The notes below the pieces were generated by a model. That model was not told the origin of the DNA and did not search any database. It saw only the letters and a list, made by a program, of their open reading frames with translations. DNA of 64,000 bases from Candidatus Poribacteria bacterium (GTDB lineage Bacteria > Poribacteria > WGA-4E > PCPOR2b): the NCBI GenBank assembly GCA_965215015.1, contig OZ244042.1:5536001-5600000 (forward strand), read 5' to 3'. Position numbers and translations under genes: made by a program. This document shows, in pieces, positions 1 through 11,229 of the stretch (positions are counted from its first letter, which is position 1; each line of letters starts with the position of its first letter).

Positions 1-267
1 ATTGAAGAAGGGTTGACCGACAACATAGGCGCGAAACATGTGCTTCACTTTACCGAAAGCGTAGCGCATACCGGCGTGCTCGATGAGCGTACACTACCGA
101 TAAAAGCGGCAGGTTGGAGTTGGGCTGTTAAGAACGCAGGCATCGCAATCAAGGCAACCCTGAAAGGGAAAATCAAACCCCTGTTGCCCGGCTCACACCC
201 TTCGGTGACCGAGGTCCGGGATGTCCGGCGCATTCATAAGCAGTTGGAAGAGGGAAAAAGGAAGTAG
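1..267 (+). CDS. C-terminal end of a probable succinate dehydrogenase/fumarate reductase Fe-S subunit (starts before window)
   Basis: Frame open from base 1 (IEEGLTDNIGAKHVLHFTESVAHTGVLDE...). Directly precedes a CCG-domain subunit and fumC. Cys motifs lie outside the window. Confidence 0.55.
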   Translation: MEEGLTDNIGAKHVLHFTESVAHTGVLDERTLPIKAAGWSWAVKNAGIAIKATLKGKIKPLLPGSHPSVTEVRDVRRIHKQLEEGKRK

Positions 268-572
268 GGGGCTCGAGGAAGTTTACGATTCGGTTCACAC
301 GATGAGAAAGTGATGCTCAAATTTTGCTGAGCATACCTTTTGAGAATTGGAAACCACCTATCCGATTTACTGCTTTTCAGCACATCTGAAATTGCTGTCC
401 CATCAGACTGGAACGATTGCAGGTGCAAGCTTGGCGTCAGTTGGAAATCATTAAGACGAACGTATTGCTTAAGCTGTAAGGGGAAGCAAGGAAGAATTCG
501 CTGTCTGTTTTACGCATCACATATCACATATTAGGTTTCACGTTCTAATCACAATTGATACGGGAGGATGTA

Positions 573-1448
573 ATGAGAATTGCCTACTTCCCTGGCTGTG
601 TTGCCAAGGGAAATTGTCCAGAACTGAACCAATCCACTAAAAAGATTGCACCCTTACTCGGTATTGAGTTGGTCGAATTGACAGGTGCACCTTGCACCGG
701 CGCGGGCGTGCTTCAAGCGCAGAATCCGGTGCTTGCCGATACATACAACGCCAAGACCCTTGCGCTCGCGGAGGAACTGGACCTGCCGCTGATGACAATC
801 TGTTCGACCTGCATCGGCTGCCTACGTAAGAGCAATAAGAAACTGTCCGAGGACGAGGACTACCGGGCAGAGGTCAACGCAGTGCTCAAATCCGGTGGAC
901 ACGAGTACCATGGTGGTGTAGATGTCACTCACATTCTCTATGTCGTTATCAAGGAACTCGGTCTGGACAATCTACGCGGCATGGTCAAAAAGCCGCTGAC
1001 TGACTTGCGGATCGCACCGTTTTACGGCTGCTACATCTTGCGTCCTGCCAGCATCATGGGGATTGATGACCCTGACAATCCGACTTCGCTGGAACGCGTG
1101 ATTGAGGCGTTGGGTGGCACCCCAGTAGACTACTACGGCAAAACACGCTGTTGCGGTTTCCCCATCGGGCTTGAGAACGAAGAAGCGTCATTCAAAATGG
1201 CTGGAAAGCATATTGGCGAGGCAAAGGACAAAGGAGCAGATTGCATGGTAACGCCTTGCCCACTCTGCCACATGAACCTTGACCTCCAGCAGCCCGGCGT
1301 TAGTCGAGTGGTCGGACGCCCCCTGGATATGCCGGTGCTTCACCTGCCGCAGATGATCGGTTTGGCACTTGGCTTGCCCCCAAAAGAGTTGGGCCTCGGC
1401 AAACATATAATATCAGCCCAAAACGTGCTAGCAAAGTTAGGGACATAA
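573..1448 (+). CDS. CCG-domain protein (HdrB/SdhE-like), probable membrane-anchor subunit of a type-E succinate dehydrogenase
   Basis: YFPGC, CSTC, FYGC, RCCG and CPLC motifs (two CCG domains). GGGAGG RBS before ATG 573. TCA-cycle context. Confidence 0.85.
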   Translation: MRIAYFPGCVAKGNCPELNQSTKKIAPLLGIELVELTGAPCTGAGVLQAQNPVLADTYNAKTLALAEELDLPLMTICSTCIGCLRKSNKKLSEDEDYRAEVNAVLKSGGHEYHGGVDVTHILYVVIKELGLDNLRGMVKKPLTDLRIAPFYGCYILRPASIMGIDDPDNPTSLERVIEALGGTPVDYYGKTRCCGFPIGLENEEASFKMAGKHIGEAKDKGADCMVTPCPLCHMNLDLQQPGVSRVVGRPLDMPVLHLPQMIGLALGLPPKELGLGKHIISAQNVLAKLGT

Positions 1449-1520
1449 GCGGGTATTGTAAGGGCCTTCGCAAGATTATCAAACCGATTTGCAGCGAAAT
1501 TGGGCTTGAAGGAGAGGTAA

Positions 1521-2909
<1,389 letters not shown>

Positions 2910-2917
2910 CATTGCTA

Positions 2918-3177
2918 GTAGTAGGCATACTCCGTATGCCGTAAAGCGGCAAGGGTTGCCCCTACAGGGAATAAACCCAACGCAGGGGCAGGTTTTGTGC
3001 CTAACCAACCCACGGTCGGTGGAACGGAAAATACGGCAACCGTGTCCAACAAGGCTGTCATTGTAGGTGCCTGATGGTATATCGTGTGGCAACGAATCAC
3101 CGAGCTACCCCTTGCCCCCCTTATCTGTCTCCCCTTGACAGGGGGTTGGCCTTGAGCGTTCAACTGCGGAAGTCCTA
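2918..3177. repeat. Cluster of GTAG-type REP-like palindromes ending in TGCGGAAGTCCTA
   Basis: GTAGTAGGCATACTCCGTATGCC at 2918, GGCAAGGGTTGCCCCTAC and CCCCTTGACAGGGGG hairpins. Related copies near 14754 and 51290. Confidence 0.7.
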
Positions 3178-3222
3178 AAAGACATAATTCATCAATGGAA
3201 AATTCACATCGGAGGCAAAAGG

Positions 3223-5139
3223 ATGTTTAAAAAAATCTATGTACCTGTTGATAACTCGGACCATTCCGATGCGAGCGTCAATTTCGCTGTGGAGTTCGCT
3301 AAAAAATTTCAGTCACAACTCGTTGGTTCTCACGTTTATGCAGCGAAGATGCACGATGTTCGTTTCAAGCAGATGGAGTACACACTTCCCGAAGAATATC
3401 AAGATGAAGCTGAACTGGAGAAGCAGCGCCGCATTCATGACACCTTGATTACAATGGGGCTTCAGTTAATCTCCGATTCATACTTGGAGGTCATGAAGAA
3501 GAAATGCGCTGAAAATGACATTCCCTTTGAAGCCAAAATGCCTGAGGGCAAACACTTTATCAAGTTGGTAGAGGACATTCAGGCGAGCGATTACGACCTT
3601 GTAATTATGGGTGCCCTCGGTATGGGGGCGGTTAAGGATAGCCTGCTCGGTGGCGTCGTTGAGCGGGTTGTACGACGCATTCAGGCCGATACCCTTGTGG
3701 TCCGGAATATAGAGGAAATGCACGGACAGAAGGGGCATATTCTCGTCGGAATTGATGGGAGCCCCGAATCCTTCGGTGGACTGAAGACGGCAATACGGAT
3801 CGGCAAGGAGTTTGATAGACAGGTGGAAGCGGTTGGTGTCTATGACCCGTATCTTCACTACGTGGTGTTCAATTCGGTTGTCAGTGTCCTAACCGAGCGA
3901 GCCTCTAAAACTTTCCGATTCAAAGAGCAGGAGCAGTTGCACGAGGAGGTTATCGACACCGGGCTTGCCAAAATCTATCAATCCCATCTGGAGATTGCCC
4001 GAACCATCGCCAAGGAAGACCACAACTACGACCTCAAAATCACCTTGTTGGATGGCAAAGCGTTTGAGAAAATCCTGCAATACGCTCGAAAGACCGAACC
4101 GTGGATGCTAGTGTTGGGCAGAATCGGCGTCCACAGTGATCCCGATATGGACATCGGCAGCAACACCGAAAACTTATTGCGCCTAGCCCCGTGTAATGTG
4201 TTCTTGTCAAGCCAGCGGTATGTTCCAAAAGTTGATGTCAGAGCAGAGGAGACGGTGGTTTGGACACAGGAAGCCTTAGATCGGATGACAAAAGCACCGC
4301 CGCAGGTGCAAGGCATCGCACGCACCGCTGTCCACCGTTTTGCCATTGAACGCGGGCACTCTGTAATTACCGAGAGTGTTATTGAGCAAGCAATGGAGAC
4401 CTTTATGCCGGGACGTTCAGCGGAGCGGATGACCAAAGTTGCGAAAGAGATTGCAACGCAAACAGTGCTGGATTCCAACGCAATCAAGACCTACATCTGT
4501 GGCGATTGTGGCTATGCCGCCCGCGACCAACAACCCGTGAAATGTCCGGTCTGCGGTGTGGCTGGCGACCGATTTCAGATGGTTGATAAAGATTCTCTCC
4601 AGAGGGTTGCAGATCAGGAGGGCGGTGCCAGCGAGGAACAGACCTTCGACGGTGTCCGTCTCCAATGGTCAGATCGGGCGAAAAAAGCGTTGCGGAATGT
4701 TCCAAGGGGGTATATGCGGCGCAACGTCAAAGCGCGAATCGAAAAGTCAGCGCGTGTCCAGAAGATTGGTACAATCACCAACGAGTTTGCGATGCAGATT
4801 ATCAATGAGAGCATGGATCAGGCTTCCGCTGTCCGTGAAGACGCCCCTGAACTGAGAGCTGTCGCGCGGTCCCGCGAGTCCGCTGAGACCTCCCAAGGGG
4901 AAACGTTTGAAAGTTCGCTTGAATGGACGCCAGATGCCCGTGAACGGTTGAACCTCGTGCCCGCTGGATTCATGCGAAACATTACACAATCCCGTGTCGA
5001 GCAACGAGCAAAGGAAGCCAACCTCACGACAATCAGCCTAGATTTCGCAGCGCAGGTGATTGAGGAAGGACGGAGTTTAGACAATGAGGTGCTTGGGACA
5101 TATTACCAGCAGGACGGAGAGGTAGATGAGGGAAAATGA
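3223..5139 (+). CDS. Multidomain protein: two USP domains, PCP_red-like domain, rubredoxin-like CxxC/CxxC, two more PCP_red-like domains
   Basis: USP starts KKIYVPVDNS and HILVGIDGS. W(T/S)xxAxxxL/MxxxP...R...E..A....IT repeats at 4261, 4666 and 4924. YICGDCGY...CPVCG. Confidence 0.85.
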   Translation: MFKKIYVPVDNSDHSDASVNFAVEFAKKFQSQLVGSHVYAAKMHDVRFKQMEYTLPEEYQDEAELEKQRRIHDTLITMGLQLISDSYLEVMKKKCAENDIPFEAKMPEGKHFIKLVEDIQASDYDLVIMGALGMGAVKDSLLGGVVERVVRRIQADTLVVRNIEEMHGQKGHILVGIDGSPESFGGLKTAIRIGKEFDRQVEAVGVYDPYLHYVVFNSVVSVLTERASKTFRFKEQEQLHEEVIDTGLAKIYQSHLEIARTIAKEDHNYDLKITLLDGKAFEKILQYARKTEPWMLVLGRIGVHSDPDMDIGSNTENLLRLAPCNVFLSSQRYVPKVDVRAEETVVWTQEALDRMTKAPPQVQGIARTAVHRFAIERGHSVITESVIEQAMETFMPGRSAERMTKVAKEIATQTVLDSNAIKTYICGDCGYAARDQQPVKCPVCGVAGDRFQMVDKDSLQRVADQEGGASEEQTFDGVRLQWSDRAKKALRNVPRGYMRRNVKARIEKSARVQKIGTITNEFAMQIINESMDQASAVREDAPELRAVARSRESAETSQGETFESSLEWTPDARERLNLVPAGFMRNITQSRVEQRAKEANLTTISLDFAAQVIEEGRSLDNEVLGTYYQQDGEVDEGK

Positions 5140-5290
5140 TGTGCAGACTGAGGAATAGGGGTTAGGACGGAATCTGCCTACGATTATTAATTATATGTTG
5201 AGTGATGGAGTTGAAACGGGAGAAGAGTAACGGCACCTACAGTAGCCCGAACCAAGGAGGCTAAAGTTAAGTTTAAGTCTTTTATTGTGA

Positions 5291-5320
5291 TTGATAAACT
5301 CAACCTGCTAGCTATATGAT
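5291..5320 (+). promoter_or_regulatory. Putative sigma70 promoter of the R-M cassette
   Basis: TTGATA-18 nt-TATGAT, then AGGAGG RBS. Confidence 0.45.
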
Positions 5321-5340
5321 AAATCAGGAGGCGGGAAATA

Positions 5341-6147
5341 ATGCTTGAACTGAACACGCTTTACTGTGGAGATGCTTTCGAGTTACTCAAAAAAGTCAAG
5401 GATGAATCGGTCGATTTGATTGTATGTGATGGACCGTATGGCACAACACAGAATGAATGGGATAAGATATCTTCAATCCAAGAATTTAATCTTAAATTAA
5501 TCAAATGTTTCACACCTAAGTTGAAAGATGGAGGGGCTTTGTATCTGTTTGGCAAGCCTAACTGCATTGACTTTATAGATTACCGCCCATTTTTGAACCT
5601 ACGCTCAAAAATTGTCTGGTATCAACCGAGTCGCCTTGCCCAAGGACGAATCAAATACACCAACAACTATGACATAATATGCTATTTCATTAAGGGCAAA
5701 CGCCCACGATGTTATAATCTAGATGCAATCAGAGTAGCACAGCTTGTTGAGTTGGAGCATCGGCGCCGTTGTGAACGAGTGCCTTCCGTGTTAAATGGCA
5801 AATTTGGAAAGACAAAGTTTAACAAAGAGGGTAAAAATCCGGGAGATGTTTGGGGCGATATAAAACAGCTTACTTATAAATCAAAAGAGTTAGTTCATAG
5901 AAAAGCTCTCAATACTATTCAGAAACCTGAAAAGTTAATGGAAAGGATTGTTTTAGCCAGTTCATCTCCAGGAGATTTAGTCTTAGATCCTTTTGCAGGG
6001 GTCAGCACGTGCCCAGTTGTGTGCAAGAGAAACAGTCGCAATTTTATCGCTTTTGAGATTGAACCAACTTTTGTTCACGCAGGTACAAAGAGACTTCACG
6101 AGCTTGATAACGATCAACAGGGGGTTTTGTTTGCTGATGGCGAGTGA
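5341..6147 (+). CDS. Beta-class N4/N6 amino DNA methyltransferase
   Basis: Catalytic motif variant CDGPY near the N-terminus, QKPEKL, and LVLDPFAG SAM-binding motif near the C-terminus. Confidence 0.9.
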   Translation: MLELNTLYCGDAFELLKKVKDESVDLIVCDGPYGTTQNEWDKISSIQEFNLKLIKCFTPKLKDGGALYLFGKPNCIDFIDYRPFLNLRSKIVWYQPSRLAQGRIKYTNNYDIICYFIKGKRPRCYNLDAIRVAQLVELEHRRRCERVPSVLNGKFGKTKFNKEGKNPGDVWGDIKQLTYKSKELVHRKALNTIQKPEKLMERIVLASSSPGDLVLDPFAGVSTCPVVCKRNSRNFIAFEIEPTFVHAGTKRLHELDNDQQGVLFADGE

Positions 6148-6637
6148 AATATATCGCAAAATCATTGAACTTGTGTTGAAGGCTGCAGAATTAGCAAGGA
6201 CTGTAGGAATTCATAATATTTTACAACCAGGACTCGTCAAGGAGATGATTATTGCTGAGATCCTTAGCCATGAACTGATCACCTCAAAGCAAGACGCGGA
6301 TGCCCGTTCTCCAGATAACCCTACAATTCTGTATGAATACCTATCATGCAAGGAAGGTGGTTCCGGCCAGTTTGATAGAATGTTTAAGCATCCGCCGGAA
6401 AAGCGCCAAGAATCTTTGAATAGAATTTGGAGAAACAATAAAGTCTACTTTGCTGTGTTCTATGCAGCCAATCAAACGAAAGTGAAAGTGATTTTTGAGC
6501 TTGAACCAGAAAGTGTTGTCACAGAAACGGAACGACAACTTGACCGTAGCCGAAATGAAATTTCTCACGTTGGGTTTCGAGAGCGATGGGCACGAGAAAA
6601 TGGGAAAATTGTTTACGAAGATACGGAGCAGCCTTAA
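6137..6637 (+). CDS. PvuII-like type II restriction endonuclease
   Basis: 166 aa, overlapping the MTase stop. Colinear resemblance to R.PvuII from recall: GIHNILQ~GINDIFQ, DA..YEYLS~DA..YELKS, YFAVF..IFELEP~IFAIY..IYRLEP, ENGKIVY~EHGTKIY. Confidence 0.7.
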   Translation: MASEIYRKIIELVLKAAELARTVGIHNILQPGLVKEMIIAEILSHELITSKQDADARSPDNPTILYEYLSCKEGGSGQFDRMFKHPPEKRQESLNRIWRNNKVYFAVFYAANQTKVKVIFELEPESVVTETERQLDRSRNEISHVGFRERWARENGKIVYEDTEQP

Positions 6638-6917
6638 ATGTGTTGGGAGAAGTCAATGCGAGGCATTGACATAACGAACACGGTAACCGTATAGAACTAA
6701 TAGCCGAAATTCCAGAGCAGTGCGTCAATCTGGTATAAGATAAAATACACAGCAACCGATCTTACGCTGAATTTTGCTTCTATCTGCTCATCACCTTGGT
6801 GTTTATCGGGTATAGTATCTCCAATTACCCTTTGTATTTAAACAGGTACTTAAGAAAAATGAATTATCCAGCGTATATCCAAGCCGGGTGTGTGTCAATT
6901 TAGATCGGAGTTTGTCA

Positions 6918-7769
6918 ATGTCCCCCAGAAATCCTTTACATTTTGCAGAAATCCTTGTGTGTCTAGATGACTCAAGCTATTCTCAGGCAGCGGTCGAATA
7001 TGCCACGCAAATCGCTCTTGAACATAAAGCCTCACTAACAGGCATCGGAGTAATTGATCTGCCGGGTATCCAACGTGCAAGTGGGCCCGCGCCAATTGGA
7101 GCGATGCACTACGATCGACTTGCTGACCAGCAACACTTTCAAGAGACGCGGGAGGTAGTCAATGGGGTCCTTAAAGACTTTGGGAACACCTGTCAGGAGA
7201 AAGGGATCCACCACTCCATCCATTCAGAGATGGGCAGCCCATTTCGGGAAATTATTGAAGAATCAAGATTCCACGATTTTATTATAATTGGGCAGAAGAC
7301 CTTTTTTCGGTACAACGTCAAACGTGAACCGGGTAACACCTTGGATCGAATTCTTCATAACGGGTTGACTGCGGTCCTTGCAGTCCCCGATTCTGTCAGA
7401 CCGATTAAAAAAGTGCTCGTCGCTTATGATAACAGCGTCCAAGTTACCAAAGCAATTCATATGTTTCTCCTGCTTCACATCTGGAATCAGTGCCATATCA
7501 CCCTCCTGAATGTGAACAATAATGCAAGTCGTGGCATACAGTTGCTCGGTAGGCTCAGCGATTACTTCAATAGATATGGGGTGCAGCCAGAAAAGGTCCA
7601 ATTGAGAGGCAAGGTAGATGAAGCGATTCTGTCCTACATCCGAGAACATGAAATCGATCTGCTCGTCATGGGAGCGTATGGGAAACGAAGCGTGTCGGAG
7701 TTCGTCTTCGGCAGTGTAACCAAATCCTTGGTGGCGCAGGCGGGCATTCCGTTGTTTATCTATCATTAA
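6918..7769 (+). CDS. Tandem-domain universal stress protein
   Basis: EILVCLDDS and KKVLVAYDNS starts. LLVMGAYG...GSVT ATP-binding motif. Confidence 0.92.
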   Translation: MSPRNPLHFAEILVCLDDSSYSQAAVEYATQIALEHKASLTGIGVIDLPGIQRASGPAPIGAMHYDRLADQQHFQETREVVNGVLKDFGNTCQEKGIHHSIHSEMGSPFREIIEESRFHDFIIIGQKTFFRYNVKREPGNTLDRILHNGLTAVLAVPDSVRPIKKVLVAYDNSVQVTKAIHMFLLLHIWNQCHITLLNVNNNASRGIQLLGRLSDYFNRYGVQPEKVQLRGKVDEAILSYIREHEIDLLVMGAYGKRSVSEFVFGSVTKSLVAQAGIPLFIYH

Positions 7770-7778
7770 TCAAAACTT

Positions 7779-8672
7779 ATGAAAACTTACAAAGACCTCC
7801 CCGCCGATGGCGGTTCTAACATCGTTGGACAAGTGACCCAGCAAGTCAATCGCTTACAAAAACGACTTGCGTCTGTCCGCCACACTCTTGCCATCATGAG
7901 CGGAAAGGGTGGGGTGGGTAAAAGTGCGATTACGGCAAACCTCGCTTCGGCTCTTGGATTGCGCGGACACAATGTTGGCGTAGTTGACGCTGACATCAAT
8001 GGCCCCTCAATTGCCAAAATGATGGGGGTGAGAGGATGCCAAATTGATTATGGTGCCGATGGCGTTAAGCCTGCCCTCAGTCCACTTGGGGTCAAGGTAA
8101 TGTCGATGGATTTGTTCCTCAAGGATGACGAAACCCCTGTTCTGTGGGAAGCCCAAACGCAGAAGGATGCCTTTACCTGGCGGGGGACGATGGAGATGAC
8201 CGCCCTCCGCGAATTCCTCTCTGATACTGAATGGGGAACGCTTGATTATTTGCTGGTCGATCTCCCGCCCGGCACAGACCGTTTGCCGAACCTCGTCGGC
8301 CTCCTGCCGGATCTTGGCGGCACGGTTGTTGTCACAATCCCTTCTGGGGTTTCGCAGCTTATCGTCAAAAAATCGTTGACGATGGCAAAGAAATTACTCA
8401 ACGCACCGGTAATCGGCATCGTCGAAAATATGGCAGCTTACGTCTGCGCCGATTGTGGCAAAACTGAAGATCTGTTCCCATCGGGGCACACGGAGGAGAT
8501 GGCGCGTCAATTTGACATTTCTCTACTCGGCAAAATCCCTTTCGATCCGCGAATTTCTATCGCTGCGGATGAGGGTAGTGCGTTTGTTGATCGATACCGA
8601 GATACTCCCACAGGACAAGCATTTTTCGGCATCACAGATGAAATTCGGATGTTCTTTGAACGGAAAATGTAA
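7779..8672 (+). CDS. Mrp/NBP35 (ApbC) Fe-S cluster carrier ATPase
   Basis: Deviant Walker A GKGGVGKS, DADINGPS, WRG, DLPPGT, ENM..YVCADC. Confidence 0.95.
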   Translation: MKTYKDLPADGGSNIVGQVTQQVNRLQKRLASVRHTLAIMSGKGGVGKSAITANLASALGLRGHNVGVVDADINGPSIAKMMGVRGCQIDYGADGVKPALSPLGVKVMSMDLFLKDDETPVLWEAQTQKDAFTWRGTMEMTALREFLSDTEWGTLDYLLVDLPPGTDRLPNLVGLLPDLGGTVVVTIPSGVSQLIVKKSLTMAKKLLNAPVIGIVENMAAYVCADCGKTEDLFPSGHTEEMARQFDISLLGKIPFDPRISIAADEGSAFVDRYRDTPTGQAFFGITDEIRMFFERKM

Positions 8673-8692
8673 CATATAAACGGAGTGAATCA

Positions 8693-9193
8693 ATGAAATT
8701 CTTATGCCTTGAATGTAACACAGCGATGGAGTTTAGGGAAACAGCGACGCCGGATCAAGGCTCGTTGACGGCTATCTTCGAGTGCCCAGATTGTTTTGCT
8801 GAATTCGCAATGCACATGAACCCGTGGGAAACTCAGATGCTAAAATCCCTTGATGTGCAACTCGGTGGTAAAAGCGAAGCGGCGCAGCCGATGCGGATGG
8901 TACGTTCCTTCTTAACTCAAAAGAACCCAGACAATCTGATCTCCGAAGCACCGCCGGTATCCGCCGAAGGCGGCGGGAAATGCCCGTTCACATTGGTTGT
9001 AGCGGAAGCATTTCAAGAGCCGGAGGCGACCGGGCCGGTATGGACACCAGAAGCGTTAGCGCGTTTGGAGCGCGTGCCTAGTTTCGTCCGTTCGATGGCG
9101 CAGAACAGCATCGAAGAATTCGCCCGTGAGAATGGACACACCGAAATCACTACCGAGGTGATGGAGGCCGCACGGGGTAATTTTGGGATGTAG
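8693..9193 (+). CDS. Zn-ribbon plus PCP_red-like domain protein
   Basis: CLEC...CPDC, GKCPF, and C-terminal WTPEALARLERVPSFVRSMAQNSIEEFARENGHTEITTEVM. Confidence 0.8.
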   Translation: MKFLCLECNTAMEFRETATPDQGSLTAIFECPDCFAEFAMHMNPWETQMLKSLDVQLGGKSEAAQPMRMVRSFLTQKNPDNLISEAPPVSAEGGGKCPFTLVVAEAFQEPEATGPVWTPEALARLERVPSFVRSMAQNSIEEFARENGHTEITTEVMEAARGNFGM

Positions 9194-9205
9194 GGGTCCA
9201 TTACA

Positions 9206-10657
9206 GTGAAAACGGAAGATATTCATCGCACACAAACATCAATAGATTTATCATCGTACCCTATTTCACTATCAGCTATATCGACGAAGATTGCCAAAAA
9301 AAATGGGGGGCGGAAGCGACCTAAACGTGAGGCACATCAACCCGACCTATTCGTCCATCAATTGATGGACAATGTTCGGAAAATTGTGAATCCGTTTGGG
9401 GAGGAGGTTGTGCGGATTGATGGGGATATTCCTGTGGAATTACCTGTTAATGATGGCGATCAATTTCTGTTTATTAGCTACGATCAGACTCATCTCACTC
9501 ACGGATTGCACAAGTATCCTGCTAAATTTTTTCCCGAATTACCGCGTTGGTTAATCAAACGGTATTCTCAAGAAAACGATATGATACTCGATCCGTTTTC
9601 GGGGAGCGGGACGACAAATGTTGAGGCACTCTTACTGAACCGAAACTCTGTCGGTATTGATGTCGATCCATTTTCTCGCTTTATCTCAACTGTCAAGGTA
9701 ACACCCTTAGCTGAAAAGGAACTCATCGAAGCTCAAGAATCTCTGTTTAATGCCGTAGAAGGCTACCAACCCACTCTGGTATCAGAATTGGATATACCGT
9801 CCTTCCCTTACAGGGATAATTGGTTCAACAGAGAAATAATTTTAGAATTGGCTTACTTAAAAAAGATTATTGAGTCCCTTGATAAGAGTAAGCATGTTAA
9901 AGACTTCTTCAGAGTCTGTTTCTCCTCGATTATCCGTTCAGTATCCAACGCCGATGATAATTGCACGAGAACTGTAATTCGGAAGGTGCTGAACAAACAG
10001 GTCAATCCCTCCGATGCCCTGAAGAAATTTGTGGAAACGGTGCTAGTCAAAGTTCCCAAAATGATAGAATTTTCTCAAAACGTACCACAAGATATAACCG
10101 TAAATTTTCCAGAAAACATGGACGCACGGAATATTAAGTACGATGCGGGGACTTTTGACTTGGTTCTTACTTCGCCGCCGTATGTGAATGCAGTCGATTA
10201 TCCGAGAACCCATCAATTAGAGCTCTATTGGTTAGGGTTTGCCGATGGACCTTTAACGCCCTTAAAGAAAAAGCATGTCGGTACTGAAAGTGTTTCATCA
10301 CAGGATTATCGGACCTGCCATCAGATTGATGTGGCAGCGGCGGATAGTGTCATCGAGAAGATTTTTGAAAAGGACCCAAGACGCGCGTATATCGCTTTCA
10401 AATACTTAGACGATATGCAGAGAAATCTGTCTGAAGTTTATTCGGTATTACGCGATGGAGGACGATACATTATTGTCGTAGGCAATAACCGAATCCGTGG
10501 TCAGCTATTTGAAAGCTGGAAGTATCTGATGACCCTGGCAGAAAATATCGGATTTGATATTGAAAGCTATTTTGGATCAGAGATTATCAAACATTTCATT
10601 AAAGTACCCAGAGAGGAACAAATCAACACAGACTGGATTCTGGTACTCAGAAAATGA
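9206..10657 (+). CDS. Alpha-class amino (probably N4-cytosine) DNA methyltransferase, no adjacent endonuclease
   Basis: HKYPAKF, LDPFSGSGTT, later TSPPY. Start position uncertain. Confidence 0.9.
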   Translation: MKTEDIHRTQTSIDLSSYPISLSAISTKIAKKNGGRKRPKREAHQPDLFVHQLMDNVRKIVNPFGEEVVRIDGDIPVELPVNDGDQFLFISYDQTHLTHGLHKYPAKFFPELPRWLIKRYSQENDMILDPFSGSGTTNVEALLLNRNSVGIDVDPFSRFISTVKVTPLAEKELIEAQESLFNAVEGYQPTLVSELDIPSFPYRDNWFNREIILELAYLKKIIESLDKSKHVKDFFRVCFSSIIRSVSNADDNCTRTVIRKVLNKQVNPSDALKKFVETVLVKVPKMIEFSQNVPQDITVNFPENMDARNIKYDAGTFDLVLTSPPYVNAVDYPRTHQLELYWLGFADGPLTPLKKKHVGTESVSSQDYRTCHQIDVAAADSVIEKIFEKDPRRAYIAFKYLDDMQRNLSEVYSVLRDGGRYIIVVGNNRIRGQLFESWKYLMTLAENIGFDIESYFGSEIIKHFIKVPREEQINTDWILVLRK

Positions 10658-10702
10658 AGCAGAGGCATGTAGATTTCCTTACGTTTTACGTTCTACCTAT
10701 TC

Positions 10703-11194
10703 ATGCGCCCAGTTGTTGAACTTTTCATCCGTTGGATACACCTCATCGCTGCAATCGTTTGGGTTGGCGGAATCTTTTTTTCTGTTAGCGTTGCGACACC
10801 GATTCTGAGGCAGCATTTTCATCTCCTTGAAAGTGTCCAACACGCTTCTGTTATTCGGAATCGCCTGCGGCATATTATCCGTTTCACAATCCACATTCTC
10901 CTGATCACCGGTGCGATGAACCTGTTCATCGTCGGACTGAACACACAGATGCACTTTTCGCGAGGCTATGTCGTTGCGTTTATCGTAAAACTTGCCTGTG
11001 TCGGGCTGATGACTCTATTCCATAGCCTTCATATCGCCGTGTTCAATCGGAGGTTGGAATCCGCGGTGGCAAGCCCGAATTTTGACGATTTAGAGGTTTC
11101 TAAGTTGCAAAGAAGAGTAGACCTATTCGGAATTTTTACGATACTTGCTGGCCTTGTTGTGTTTGTGTTAGCTTTGAGTTTGAGGGTCGCTTGA
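10703..11194 (+). CDS. CopD/DUF4149-like four-helix membrane protein
   Basis: RWIHLIAAIVWVGG, LITG, and four hydrophobic segments, three of them containing His. Confidence 0.7.
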   Translation: MRPVVELFIRWIHLIAAIVWVGGIFFSVSVATPILRQHFHLLESVQHASVIRNRLRHIIRFTIHILLITGAMNLFIVGLNTQMHFSRGYVVAFIVKLACVGLMTLFHSLHIAVFNRRLESAVASPNFDDLEVSKLQRRVDLFGIFTILAGLVVFVLALSLRVA

Positions 11195-11229
11195 TAAACG
11201 GAGAAAAGCATTATTAGGAAAGTAGACAG

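Noticed and set aside
573-1448. Heterodisulfide reductase / methanogenesis marker
   Set aside because: Context with fumC and an SdhB-like tail favours an SdhE-type anchor.
2910-3180. CRISPR array or structured ncRNA in palindrome-rich spacers (also 14650-14900, 28870-29240)
   Set aside because: No regularly spaced identical repeats and no cas genes. The hairpins are heterogeneous REP-like units.
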